Below are positions 1 through 11,560 of a stretch of DNA of 64,000 nt, one piece after another. Position numbers and translations under genes: made by a program. Position 1 is the stretch's first letter, and every line of letters starts with the position of its first letter. The notes under the pieces were generated by a model. It searched no databases, had not been told where the DNA came from, and worked only from the letters and a program-made list of their open reading frames with translations. This DNA is from Euglena gracilis (Eukaryota): the NCBI GenBank assembly GCA_039621445.1, contig CP154954.1, positions 43,627,847 through 43,691,846 on the forward strand, given 5' to 3'.

Positions 1-183
1 GCTGGATGGGAGGGTCTATCCTTGGAATTATTAGAAAGACCGGTTCAGCCTGGTAATGAAGGGGACCCAGAATGGATGGAGGAGGAGGCCTCTGGCAAGA
101 TGATGCTTGGAACCTTGCTTTTTAAGATTTATTCAAATGCTTATGCCTTGCAAAATTCGAACAATTTGACTGCCTGCAGATGA
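1..183 (+). CDS. Possible 3' terminal coding exon of a gene entering from the left; product unknown
   Basis: Frame 1 is open from base 1 to TGA at 181-183 (AGWEGLSLELLERPVQPGNEGDPEWMEEEASGK...). The sequence is non-repetitive and convergent with the CCCH gene. No recognisable domain. Confidence 0.3.
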   Translation, partial: AGWEGLSLELLERPVQPGNEGDPEWMEEEASGKMMLGTLLFKIYSNAYALQNSNNLTACR

Positions 184-357
184 GTATTCCTGTGTGGGAA
201 TTCTGCCTGAACTCATTCCCCATTCAACCAAGTTTTCGACATGGGATTTCTTTGGGTTTCAGAATTAGCAAATCAGAAATCAGAACAATACTCTGGACGT
301 CATAAACAACGTTATTAACATGGTTGTGATATTTTGAAATTTTCAACTGGTAGGAGT

Positions 358-1487
358 TTAAATTGCTGGACTGAGGTCCACAAATAAAGATTCCCACCAA
401 GCCTTGATAAGAAGCCCCCAAAAAAAAACAACAGAAATTTCAGGTAAAAAAAGATACTTCCAAGAACCACATTGTGCTGCATTCTTGTGCTTGATATTGA
501 GACTGCTGTGCTGGGCATGATTCCAACACATAAGGGGCCGAAGTAGAAGAGTACGGGGAGTGAGTATATTGACCTGTTGTGGTCTCAGTTTTGGTCGTCG
601 ATTCGAGGGCTTTTTCGGGCTCCTCGGGTTGCACTGCTTCCTTCTGGTCCTCGTTGTCGAATGGGACTGGCATGAAGTTGGGGAAGTGCCCCAGTGCATA
701 AAACTGGCGCTCAGGAGACCTGCAAAGTTTGAGTGTAAAGAGGGAAGGAGCCACACAAGGAGCAAAACACACGAGCTGTTGCACGCGGTATTAATCGCAC
801 TGCTGTTAACGGAATAAGTTCGCATTTCTTTGGTGCCATGTGCAAATAAGCACCGTGGACCATAGGGACACTTCTCTTGCTGCTGCCAATTCTTGCACAA
901 CTTTGTCTTATATCGAACGGGGTCAAGGGCAGTGTTGTCCTGGTATGCGAGCGTTGAAAAAAATGTTGACAGAAAGCAGCCAACCTCTGAGCTCTTATCC
1001 TTGCTCTTCTTTCGCTTCGATCTCCTCAATTTCCCAAAGTCTGATTTTCCACCATCCACCATGTCAACTGCAACAACTTCGATCTCTGGTGTTGTTAACA
1101 CTCCATCTGGTGGGTCATTGCAAACTGGGGCCTTCGCGGAATAAAAATGAAAAATGAAGATTATTGAAAACAAAAACCTGGGCCACACTGGAAGTTGTTG
1201 ATGTGCAGGACGACACTGCGAAATCCTAAAACGTTCAAATCGGCAACGAATCCAGAAAGACAGACTAACCTCACTTTGGTTGGACTTGGGGGAATCCAGC
1301 TCAGATTCAACTTTGGCTGGCCGCCTAAGATTTTCGAATTTCTTGGTCAACGACGTGACAGCTGCGGCTTCCTTGTGTCCCTTATGGCGAACAAAAACTC
1401 CTGGAAACCTAAAAAAAATTAATTAAATATTAGGGGGAGGAAAGAGAAATACTTTGCCTTCTCGGCCTCACAACCAGATTGCTCCAT
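358..1487 (-). CDS. CCCH-type (TIS11/ZFP36-like) zinc-finger RNA-binding protein, 7 exons
   Basis: Motif RYKTKLCKNWQQQEKCPYGPRCLFAHG (C-x8-C-x5-C-x3-H with YKTxL lead-in). Frame-consistent exons: 1487-1453, 1408-1270, 1225-1178, 1131-985, 939-773, 719-458, 402-358. Six GT-AG introns of 44, 44, 46, 45, 53 and 55 nt. ATG at 1487 has an upstream in-frame stop; the stop codon is TAA at 360-358. Confidence 0.85.
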
Positions 1488-2908
1488 CCACAAACGGGTG
1501 GAGACCCTAATTCGGAATCGCGGGCGTCACCACAGGGACTACATTTTGGAGCAATGGGCTTCTTTTTCAATCTCAATTTCTGCCAATAGCAAATAAAACT
1601 AAACTAAAACTAAAGCTCAACTGAATTAGCACCACTGCTGCTGAACAAAGCAACGCATGATCAAGCTTCGGAAATTCCCTTTAACGAATGACGAGTGGGG
1701 GGGGACAATGGGAGCACAAAAGGAAAGGCGCCGCCCATGAAAGTTTTAAAAAAAATATCCTGTGCCTGCCGTGTGACGCGTGTGATGACAAGAATCTTCA
1801 TGTGAAATGTCTTTATTGCAGTCTTAGTTTAACACACCATATCTAATTTTGGCCGTAACTCCTGGGTGGACAGAAAGAAAATGGACATTTTTCTCATTAT
1901 CAACACAAAAGTGTTGCGATGAGTAAAAAGGTTGAACAGCATCCCAATGGTCAAGTGGTGATACAGTTTTTGCAGCCTGGTGAAGCTGGGTTGGACCAAA
2001 CAAATTTTTGGCGCAAAGGACCAAAATTTTTTTTGCAAAAAGGGGTCAAATGGCCAAAAATGCTCTCCCCCCCCCGATCTTGTCCATGCGTCTCAAACCA
2101 GCTGACTCACAAACGTTGGCCATGAGATTTCTCCACGCTTCACAGTACTTTTAACAACACCCAACCCAATAGTCCCCAGATGGCAAATTTCATTGTACTA
2201 CCCATGGTTGGCCTGACCTCTGGAGGTCGATAAGAATGAACCGCATTACCCCCCCCCTTTTTTTCAAAGGACTTTTGACTGTAGGTTAGGCCGACCATGT
2301 GGTCAGTAGAAACGACCTCCATGGTTTTCCATTTCAGAAGCATACAAACCCTTGGCCCAACCCTCTCGAACATACAGAGGGGCTATATTGCCTACCAAGC
2401 ACCTAAGTTTGAAGGCCGACTAAGTTTATTAAGGTGCGCGTTTTGGCCATCCTTGCCTTGCACACACAAGGGGATTTTGTTATTTTGGGCGGGTCCGGGG
2501 GGGGGGGCAGCCCTCCCCACGGAGGAGGCCGTAGGCCAACTAATTTTGTTAGGGGGCGCGTTTTGACCATCTTGCCTTGCACATATGAGGGGGATTTTGT
2601 TATTTTGGGCGGGGGGTCCGGGGGGCGTAGGAGCCGCAGGCATAGTTGGCAGCTTGTTTTTTTTGGACGCTATTTTTTTTTGTTGTTGTTTTTTTTAATT
2701 TTAACAATGTTTTTCAAAAAAACAAAAAAAACGCCAACAAGGTTTTGCTCGGAAAATATTTTTGAATGCATATTTTCAATCATTTTTGGCAAGCTTTGGG
2801 TCATTTCTGCCAAGAATTTCCTCACAAAAAAGTGAAGAAAGTCATAAAGTTGCATTTTTTTGCATTTTTTGGATGCTTTTGACCATTTTTTGGCAATTTT
2901 TGAACTTA

Positions 2909-3055
2909 CTATACCTTTCCGATTATTTTCCCCGGTCGATTATTTTCCTCCCCCCACTTTCGGCCCAAAAACAGGAAAGCCGGACCCGGGCGATTATTTC
3001 CCCCCCCCCCTGGTTTCCGGCTCCGTGGGGGGGGGAAATAATCAAAAAGGTATGG
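2909..3055. mobile_element. TA-TSD MITE (Tc1/mariner-pogo-like)
   Basis: TIR C(T/C)ATACCTTT..GATTATTT with TA on both sides. The empty site (gagctTAgtaggattcg) is present in the paralogous host copy near 32039. Confidence 0.8.
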
Positions 3056-3212
3056 TAGTAGGATTCGAAGTATGAAGTATGGTTTGGGTGTTTCATAACG
3101 AGTTTTTTCAATGAAATTTTCCTTTTGTTTTTTTTGATGTTTTTTTTGGCATTTTTTTCAAAAAAAACACATTCTTTTGTTTTTTAAAAAAAAACAAAAA
3201 AAAAGCCAACTA

Positions 3213-3581
3213 CCATGCCCCCCCCCCGAGCTGTTCCCCCCCCCCGAGCTATTCCCATAGGGGGGACGGGAATAGCTTGCTGTCATAGCACTTTTTACAA
3301 AGAACTTCCCAAAAAAGTGCTCAAAAATCGACGTTTTTGGGCAGTTTTCAAAAATCACTTTTTGGCAAATGTGCTCAAAATTGACCAATTTTTGCGAACA
3401 TCCAAAAAAGTTGCCAAAAATGACCCCTTTTGGGTTGCCCAAGGGTCGGGTATGGGAACAGCTCGGGGGGGGGACCTGGGTCCCCCCCCCCCCCCCGCCC
3501 CGTTCCCCCCCCCCCCCCGTACTGTTCCCATTGGGCCGTAAAGGCTCCCGGGGACGGGAATAGCTCGGGGGGGGGGCATGG
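3213..3581. mobile_element. TA-TSD MITE with CCATG...CATGG termini
   Basis: TIR CCATGCCCCCCCC..GAGCT(G/A)TTCCC with TA duplicated (3211-12, 3582-83). Empty site gccaacTAtggccgt at 32173-32187. Confidence 0.85.
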
Positions 3582-4544
3582 TATGGCCGTAGGAGGCCGT
3601 AGGAGGAGGGTTTTTCCTTTTTTTGAATATGGGACGTTTTTTGACAGTTTCAAGGTCATTTCAATGTGTTTCCGTGCCGAATCAATTTTCGGGGGGGGGG
3701 GCTTAAATTTCAAAAAAAAATGGGGGGAATGCAGTTGATTGGAGGTCGGGCCGACCTGGTCAGCCCGACCTCCTTTGGTCAATTAGCCATAGCCAATGGT
3801 CGGCCCAACCATGGTCAGCCCGACCTCCGGGATCGTCATAGCCAATCATCCGCACGGATCCGGGGACTGGCGTCAAAGGCGCCCGGTCCCCCTCCCTCAA
3901 GTGCCCCCCAATAACTTGGCCTTTCACCCACATCTCGGGGGTGTGATCCCCGTGTCCCCCCCCGTGTCCCCCCCCGTGTCCCCCCCCGTGTCCCGCACTT
4001 CAGGGGGGCCCCTAGAAGGCGGCCAAGGCAACATACAGCATGAATTTTCAGCTGTTTGGGGCCCCGAGCGGATTTCCGGTGGTGGTCGCTGTGGAGGTCG
4101 GGCCGACCATGGTCGGGCCGACCATGGTCGGCCCGACCATGACCCCCTGTGGAGGTCGGGCCGACCTGGTCGGCCCGACCACCATTTTTTTGCACTCCCC
4201 CCCCCCCCTTTCGGGAGATTTAAGCCCCCCCCCCCCCCGAAAAAAAAGTTTGTCCAAATCACCTCAACACCAGTCAAAACCCACCCAAATGGCTCCAGAA
4301 CCCCCCAATCGGGGGTGGATATGCAAAAACTTGGGGGGGATATGCCCATTTTGGGCCACTTTTGGCAAAAGAACACCTCTCCCCATCGGATTTTCAATAT
4401 AATGGCAAAATTTTGCACAAAAAGGACTTAGCACTCAAGTATGCTGATGGCGTTTTCCTGTGTCCAAAGAGAATTTATGAGGTTATTTGAAGGAGTAGGG
4501 TTAGGGTCACGATTCTCATCCAAACAGCAGAACATTTCCCGCTC

Positions 4545-4733
4545 AACGTTGTTAGATTGGTCTCTACAAAATACCCAGCGAACCCAAAGAGCCGCCCAAC
4601 TAGGGTTAAAAACATGGGGGGACCCGAGCGAGGCGCCGAAGGCGCCGAGCGAGGGTCCCCCCATGTGTATTAACCCTAGTTGGGCGGCTCTTTGGGGTAG
4701 CTGGTACCTTGTAGGGCCCAATTTTATCACGTT
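4545..4733. repeat. Family D ~190-bp rod-like hairpin; other copies at 8533-8708, 16396-16583, 17962-18147, 31525-31645 (degenerate), 32331-32519
   Basis: Long imperfect inverted repeat centred on GACCC-GAGCGA-GGCGCC-GAA-GGCGCC-GAGCGA-GGGTC. Six copies in both orientations. Confidence 0.9.
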
Positions 4734-5204
4734 TCTGAACAGCCGGCTGTTGTCCTCTAACTTGAGATTTTTCAAGCCGGTCAATGAAGGAGTACGAGGA
4801 GGTAGGATTTGGCATCATTTTCCACAGTTTTTCATGGATTCTCAAGGCCATTTGACTTTCCCCCACCCACAATCCCTTTTTTTTTTCACCTAGTATGGCC
4901 TGGAGCTTGGCTCGGGGTCAATGTGAAATGAATTTTTGGTCCCTCGAAAAGTCGCAAATTTCGTCCCAGAAGGTCCCGAAAAGAGGCATGTTTCCCCCGT
5001 GTCCCCCCCCGTGTCCCCCCCCGTGTCCCGCCCCACCCCCCTCGTTTTCCAGGACCAGCAGCATTTTCATTTGTTTGGGTCATCCAGAAACTGATTACAC
5101 ACTGGGGTTTCAATTCACGGGGCATGAAATTGTGAATTGGACCAAAAAAAATTGTCAAAAAATGCCTCGAAAATGCCGGACACCACGGCGTGAAGCACAT
5201 CAAT

Positions 5205-5306
5205 GAAATGAAGGGCAAGCACCGGGCCTTTCTACTCACAGATACAGAAAAATTGTGGGCTTTAGCCCATATACAGGGCGTATAACGGTGTATGCCCACA
5301 ATTTTT
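5205..5306 (+). mobile_element. Degenerate 3' end (subTIR + terminal hairpin) of family E
   Basis: agggcaagcaccgggcc...aaaaattgtgggc...gcccacaattttt resembles 21189-21283. Confidence 0.6.
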
Positions 5307-5460
5307 ACTACAAAAAAGGGGGCGGACGCTGGTTCTGTCCTGAACCCGGCGTACGGGGACGCCGGGTTCAGGACAAAACCGGCGTCCGCCCCCCCTTGTT
5401 TAAAGCGGCGTTTTAGAGACGCCGGGTTCAGGACAGAACCGGCGTTCACCCCCTTCGGGC
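5307..5460 (-). mobile_element. 3' end fragment of family A (terminal hairpin + subTIR), tail-to-tail with family E end
   Basis: actacaaaaaaggg...hairpin...cttgtttaaagcggcgttttagagacgccgggttcagg matches 9183-9330. Confidence 0.75.
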
Positions 5461-5869
5461 CAGGGAGCACTTAGAAATATGTTCACTGGCGTTCCCCTTT
5501 AGGTCGAGGGGGGAACAGCCAAAATTTCCCAAAGTTAATTCCGAAAAAAACAAACCGAGGGGGTTCAAACATAAAGTCTCCCCGCCCGAACTCTGAAAAA
5601 TCCATGGGGGTTCCAGCCCTATTCCCCAACCGTATTTCTGAAGAAAAAAAACCCAGCGGGGTCCAGCCAAAATTTCCCAACCGTGATACAATGAAAAAAC
5701 CCAGGGGGGTCCAGCCAAAATTTATCAACTGTGATTCTGAAAAAACGCACGGGGGGGGGGGGGGTCCAGCCAACATTTAACAACCGTGTTTCTAAAAAAA
5801 TCCCAGGGGGGTCCAGCCAAACTTTCCCAACCGTAATTCTAAGAAAAACCCAGGGGTGGACAACATTTT

Positions 5870-6100
5870 ACTCACAAATTGTGGCTGAGCCCAGATTTCA
5901 GCCTGAAAACGTGTTCAGGAGGGGGCCCCCCGAAGGGGGCCCCCTGAACACGTTTTCAGGCTGAAATCTGGGCTCAGCCACAATTTGTTTAAAAACGTGT
6001 TCAGAGCCGGCCAAATGCCTGCCCTGAAATTCGTGGTCATGATTCACGCAAGGGGTCAAAAACGGGAATTTGTGAAATTCGGACCCAAAAAACGGCGCCC
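5870..6100 (-). mobile_element. 3' portion of family G with intact ~115-nt terminal hairpin
   Basis: Near-perfect inverted repeat 5874-5988 (loop cGAAg on +), followed by subTIR ttaaaaacgtgttcag...gtggtcatga. It is the reverse complement of 15630-15810. Confidence 0.8.
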
Positions 6101-7064
6101 TACAGGCCCGGGCGCAAACCGCAAGTACATTAAATACGTCAGGAATTAAACCGCAAGGAATTTAATCCGGTGGGGCCCCGCCAGTCGGGGAATTAAATCC
6201 GGTCGCCCTTTTTTCCGCCGATTTTTTTTCTCTTCGGCGTCAGGGTTACGTCCCTCGCATTGTGTCAGAGATTTTTTTTTGTGTCGGTTCGCAAACACCA
6301 GCAGAAATAAACCATTTTTCAGACTAAGTTTCAACTCCGCATTTTTGTGTAAAGGGGGCCTTCAAACCGAAAAAATGTTCCATTGCTGGACCCTTTTTCC
6401 GGGGCGTTGACTGGCGTGGACCCCCCCTCTCCCCCCCGGGGGTCCACGACTAAAAAAAACCCCTGCCCCCAAACTGGCCACTGGTGGAAAATAAGTTGAG
6501 TGGAAAATTGGCAACCACATCCACATCACCAGATCAATTTCCCAGTCAAAAAAACAGTTTGTTGCAAAATGGTGTCATGCTGGCCCAGGGCCTTTTCAGG
6601 CCACTGGTGTCAAAATGGTGTCAGTGGGGGGGGGGGCTTTGCAGGCCCAGTTTGCAGGCCACTGAAAATGAAAATTGAACTTTTCAGATAGTTCCACACG
6701 GGAAAGGAAACACATTTGTAAATCACAACAATGCAGCAGAAAAAAAAGGATGCACTATGTTACAAAAAAATGCAATGCAGCCAATGCAGCAGTTACAAAA
6801 CATCTTCTTCTCCGGTTTCTCTGTTCTTCAGTTTCTCTCAATTCACCTGATGAAAAATACATGCATCCAAACACAACGGATGATGCCACAGAAAATACCC
6901 ACAGAAAGAGGCATTGCATTAAAAAGCCATTTGATGCCACAGATGCATGCCACAGACATTTGATGCAACAGCCACAAACTTTTCATCAAAATTCATTTTC
7001 CCAGGCTACAGTGGAAAAGATCAACACAGACTTTCACTAGAAATGAGCATTTCAGCAGAACAAG

Positions 7065-7383
7065 GGGGGGGTAGATTTGGCCTGGGGGGGGGGGGTTGTG
7101 GGCAGACCCTAGGGTCGCCAAAGGTCGCCATGGTCGCCAAAGGTCGTGGGCAGGTCGATGTCAAAAAATGCGCTCCACGGCAAATTAGCGCAACATACAC
7201 ACAAAAGGTGTTGCACACACAAGGGATTTTTTTTTTTAGGGCCCTGGAACAGTTGCCTACGCCGCTACAATGCAAAAAAGACTGAGTAGGAAATACCCAT
7301 AGCGACCTTTGGCGACCTTTGGCGACCGTGGGCAGACCCTAGGGTCTGCCCACAACCCCCCCCCCAGGCCAGATCCGGGAGCC
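7065..7383. mobile_element. MULE-like MITE
   Basis: Long imperfect TIR (gat(t/c)tggcctggggg...ttgtgggcagaccctagggtc) with flanking direct repeat cagaacaag (7056, 7384). Confidence 0.55.
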
Positions 7384-7567
7384 CAGAACAAGGGACAGGG
7401 GTCACACCTTCAACTGTGAAATTGTTTACCTTTAAATTTGCCCATTGCTGCATCTTCTGCCTGCACTCTTGGGAGTCCTGGGGTGTAGAGAAAAAATCGT
7501 TTGATTGGAAAGGGACATAAACCTATCTGTTGAACTTCTCAGCAGCTTAAACCAACTCTTGTACTGC

Positions 7568-8531
7568 TTAAGCCGGCGTTTGAGACGCCGGGCTCAGGAC
7601 AGAACCGGCGTCCCCCCCCCACGGGCTTCCGGACGCCGGTTCTGTCCTAAAGCCCGGCGTTAGGAATGCCGGCTTTGTCCAAAGCCCGGCGTCCGATTTT
7701 CATTCCTAAAAATGTCACCAAAAGAGTCCAAAAGTGGCCCTAAGGTGCTGGTATGAGTGTTTCAACCATCAAGGACAATGAATTTTGCCATCCGGGGACC
7801 ACTAGGGTGGATATCCAAATTTGGTGAAAATTGGCCCAGACTTGGAAATAGAGTACCGTGCAGCGTGGAAAGATCTGATGAGCACCGCTGGTCGTCTGTT
7901 GAAAAGAGCTTTCGATCGAGGGGTAACTTGGTACCCTAACGTTGCACGCAGCCCGAGATACGCTCGCGATCGTCGGATCGGCCAGAATCTGAGTCGAAAT
8001 TTGTCGCAATTTTCAGTGATTTTTGGTTTAAGATGCTTAATAAACCTTACAGAAACGTTTTTCCTCTTCGAATCAACGACCTGAGGGCCTTGGGGGGGCA
8101 CCAGAGTTGTGAAATTAGGATTCCCCACTGACAGAAAATAAGAGCTCCAGGCGACCTGGCTGAATTTGGTGGTGATCGCCAGTCGTCTGATGAAAAGTGC
8201 TTTCGATCGAGGGGTGATTTTATACCTGGACGATTGAAACAGCCAGAAATACCCTCGCGATCGCCGGAATTTGGTGAAGTGCAAAGTGGTGTGACATTGC
8301 AGATCAGTGGTCGGAGATTGGTCCTGGGAGTGTCCTTTGGCCGAAGGTTGGGGACGCCGGTTCTGTCCTGAGCCCGGCGTCTCTAAAACGCCGGCTTAAA
8401 CAAGAGGTGGCGGACGCCGGTTCTGTCCAAAGCCCGGCGTTCCAAACGCCGGTTCCGTCCTTCGGACGGAACCGGCGTTTGGAATGCCGGGCTTTGGACA
8501 GAACCGGCGTCCGACACCTCTTTTTTGTAGT
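7568..8531 (+). mobile_element. Family A element, complete (asymmetric TIR + terminal hairpin)
   Basis: 5' TTAAGCCGGCGTTT subTIR (7568-7615), inverted subTIR 8350-8399, ~120-nt hairpin 8402-8522 (loop cTTCg), end TTTTGTAGT. Confidence 0.8.
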
Positions 8532-9911
8532 AAAATTGGTGTCTACAGGGGACCCAGCGAACCCAAAGAGGCGCCCAACTAGGGTTAAAAACATTGGGGG
8601 ACCCGAGCGAGGCGCCGAAGGCGCCGAGCGAGGGTCCCCCAATGTGTATTAACCCTAGTTGGGCGCCTCTTTGGGGTAGCTGGTCCCCTGTAGGCACCAA
8701 TTTATCACGGATGAAACACCGACCCTTCAAATGGTCGATCGACTACCATGCCCCCCCCCCCCCGATAGTGTCCCCTACCTGGCCCAACCAAGGGGGGTGA
8801 GGCAGGGGTGGGGGGGGGGGGCTGTGGCCCCCCCGGTTAAAGTCCCCGGGGAACCTTCCCCGGGGGGGAGGGGGGGGGGTACTTTCGGCGGTGAAGTTCA
8901 CCGGTGAAGTTCACCGGTGAACTTCACCGTTTTGATGGTTGGGGGTTGAAATTTTCATGGGTAAAATTTTGCTCCTTTCCTCTCAAAATGGTCATTTTGA
9001 GGTTGATGCTTCATGGAATTTTTTTTTATTTTATCGAAATTTCCGAAAACTTGCCCAAAATGCCATTTTTGGCCATTTTTGGCCAAAAAAGTAGTCTCTT
9101 GGTGAACTTCACCGGTGAAATTCACCGATGGGTTAGGCAGAGGGGGGGGGGAGGGGGTCCGGGACCCCCCGGTGAACTTTCTACTACAAAAAAGGGGTGG
9201 CGGACGCCGGTTCTGTCCAAAACCCGGCGTTCCGGAACGCCGGGTTTTGGACAGAACCGGCGTCCGCCACCCCTTGTTTAAAGCGGCATTTTAGAGACGC
9301 CGGGTTCAGGACAGAACCGGCGTCCCCAACCTTCGGTCAAAGGACACTCCCAGGACCAATCTCCGACCACTGATCTGCAATGTCACGCCACTTTGCATTT
9401 CACCAAATTCCGGCGATCGCGAGGGTATTTCTGGCTGTGTCAATCGTCCAGGTACAAACTCACCCCTCAATCAAAAGCTCTTTTCATCAGACGACTGGAT
9501 ATCACCACCAAATTCAGCCACGCCGCCTGGAGCTCTTATTTTCTGTCAGTGGGGAATCCTAATTTCACAACTCTGGTGCCCCCCCAAGACCCCTCAGGTG
9601 GTTGATTCGAAGAGAAAAAACGTTTCTGTAAGGTTTATTCAGCATCTTCAACCAAAAATCTCTGAAAATCACCACAAATTTCGACTCAGATTCTGGCCGA
9701 TCCGAAGATCGCGAGCGTATCTCGGGCTGCGTGCAACGTTAGGGTACCAAGTAACCCCTCGATCGAAAGCTCTTTTCAACAGACGACCAGTGGCGCTCAC
9801 TAGATCTTTCCACACTGCACGGTACTCTATTTCCAAATCTGGGCCAATTTTCACCAATTTTGGATATCCACCCCACTGGTCCCCAGATGGCAAAATGCAT
9901 TGTCCTAGATG

Positions 9912-11560
9912 GTTGAAACCGTGTATTGGGGCTCTGGCTTCACGCCCGAACCGGCGTTCTGGACGCCGGTTCGGCGCAGAAATTTCTGCGCCGAACCGGT
10001 GTCCAGAACAGGGAATTTCTTAAGGACCCCCCGGGGGGGGGGGTCCAGCCTCCGGCTGGCAAAAAGGCTGCTGGCTGGATTTGAGCTGCTGGCTGGACCC
10101 CCCCCCCCCGGGGGGGAGGGGGGGGGTGGGGGGGGGGGGGGGGGTGCACGGGGGCTGGAGCGGGCTGGGCTGGGCTGGGTCGAGGAAAAACAAAATTTTC
10201 TAACACATTTTGGCCATTTTCGACATTTTGATGGGTGGAGCCAGATCAAGGCTGGGGGGCTGTGATGGAGGGGCTGTGATGAGGGGGAAAAATGCAGGGA
10301 TAAGTGAGCTGGGCAGCCCAGTTGGCTGGCCGGCCTGCGGCCGGCTGGGCCGGCCTTCGGCCGGCTGGCCCGGCCTCCGGCCGGGCTGGACCCGACTTTA
10401 TTTCAGTCGACCCCCCGGGGGGGGGGGGGGCTCCCAGCCCGAATTTGGGCTGCTGGCTGGATTTGAGCTGCTGGCTGGCTGGACCCCCCCCCCCGGGGGG
10501 TAGGGTACCCTCCGGCTTAAGAAATTCCCTGGTCCAGAACGCCGGTTCGGGCGGGAAAACGGCGTCCTGGGGACCGAAAATGAAAAGTGCCAAAAAGTGT
10601 CCAAAATGGTTTGTAGACATGAGGCAATCATATCTGAGCACTTTTTGGGGGGTATTTGGCCAGAAATTGGGGTATTTTGTGCAACAATTTCCATTTGGCC
10701 AAATCTGGGGATTTTCTGAAATAGAATACCATGCAGCAGGGCTGAAATCTAAGGCCATCTAAAACCCTTGAGAAGGGTTATCGATCAAGGGGCAACATGG
10801 CAGGTGAACAGTGGATTTTGGAATTTGCGAAAAGGGTCCAAAAATCGTAATTCTGAAAAAACCCAAGGGGTCCAGCTAAACTAACCATAGTTCTGAAAAA
10901 CCCAGGGGAGGGTCCAACCAATTTTGAAAACACCCAGGGGGGCCAAAATTTCCCAACTGTAATTAACATTTCCCAACAATTTTGAAAAATTCCCGGGGGG
11001 GTCCAGCCAAAATTTCCCAACCGTACTTCTGAAAAACCCTAGGGGGGGCTTTTTTCAACCGTGTTTGTGAAGAAACCCAGCCAAAATTTCTGAACCGGAA
11101 TTCTGAAAAAAGGGGGATCAAATCCCAACCATAACTCTGGAAAAAAAGCCAGCGGGGTCCAACCGAAAATTCGGCATTGCAAATCTGAAAAAATCTGGGG
11201 GGGGTCCAGCCAAAATTTCCCAATCGTGATTCTGAAAAAACCTAGGGGTGGTCCAACTGAAAATTTTTTCCAAATCGTAATTCTGAAAAAAAAACCTTTC
11301 GATTGATGGGTAACCTGGCATCAGACGGATGAAAACTTCAATCGGCCGATCGACATGGCCATGAGCCCAAAGGATCCCAAAAATGCCCAAAAATGTTCAG
11401 AAACTGGGTATTTAGGGCGAAATTGGCCTTTATTCCTTGAACGCCGGTTCGGGCGTGAAGCCAGAGCCCCTAATCCACGGTTTCAACAACTGTGTCCAGA
11501 ACGCCGGTTCGGGCGTGAAGCCGTGTTCTAGAACGCCGGTTCGGGCTGCCGCCCGAACCG
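9912..11560 (+). mobile_element. Family B copy 1 (terminal hairpin truncated)
   Basis: subTIR gttgaaaccgtgtattggggctctggcttcacgcccgaaccggcgttc at 9912, inverted copy at 11439-11488, followed by a partial hairpin. Confidence 0.75.
10009..10531. mobile_element. hAT-type MITE
   Basis: TIR CAGGGAATTTCTTAAG; perfect 8-bp TSD gtccagaa. Confidence 0.85.

Larger units (their letters stand above)
2641..3585. mobile_element. hAT-like non-autonomous element containing two nested TA-TSD MITEs
   Basis: Termini CATAGTTGGC...GCCAACTATG. Flanks gccgcagg / gccgtagg form an 8-bp TSD with 1 mismatch. An uninterrupted copy lies at 31772-32182. Confidence 0.75.

Noticed and set aside
358-1350. 330-aa ORF as the actual protein
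   Set aside because: It reads through introns; the spliced 7-exon model is more coherent.
1824-2024. Second hAT C-terminal remnant (SPLDHW...)
   Set aside because: The resemblance is too weak; it lacks the P.TS..ER.FS motif.
7568-8399. piggyBac/Kolobok element with TTAA TSD
   Set aside because: The same hairpin follows the right repeat in three independent copies, so that TTAA is internal rather than a TSD.
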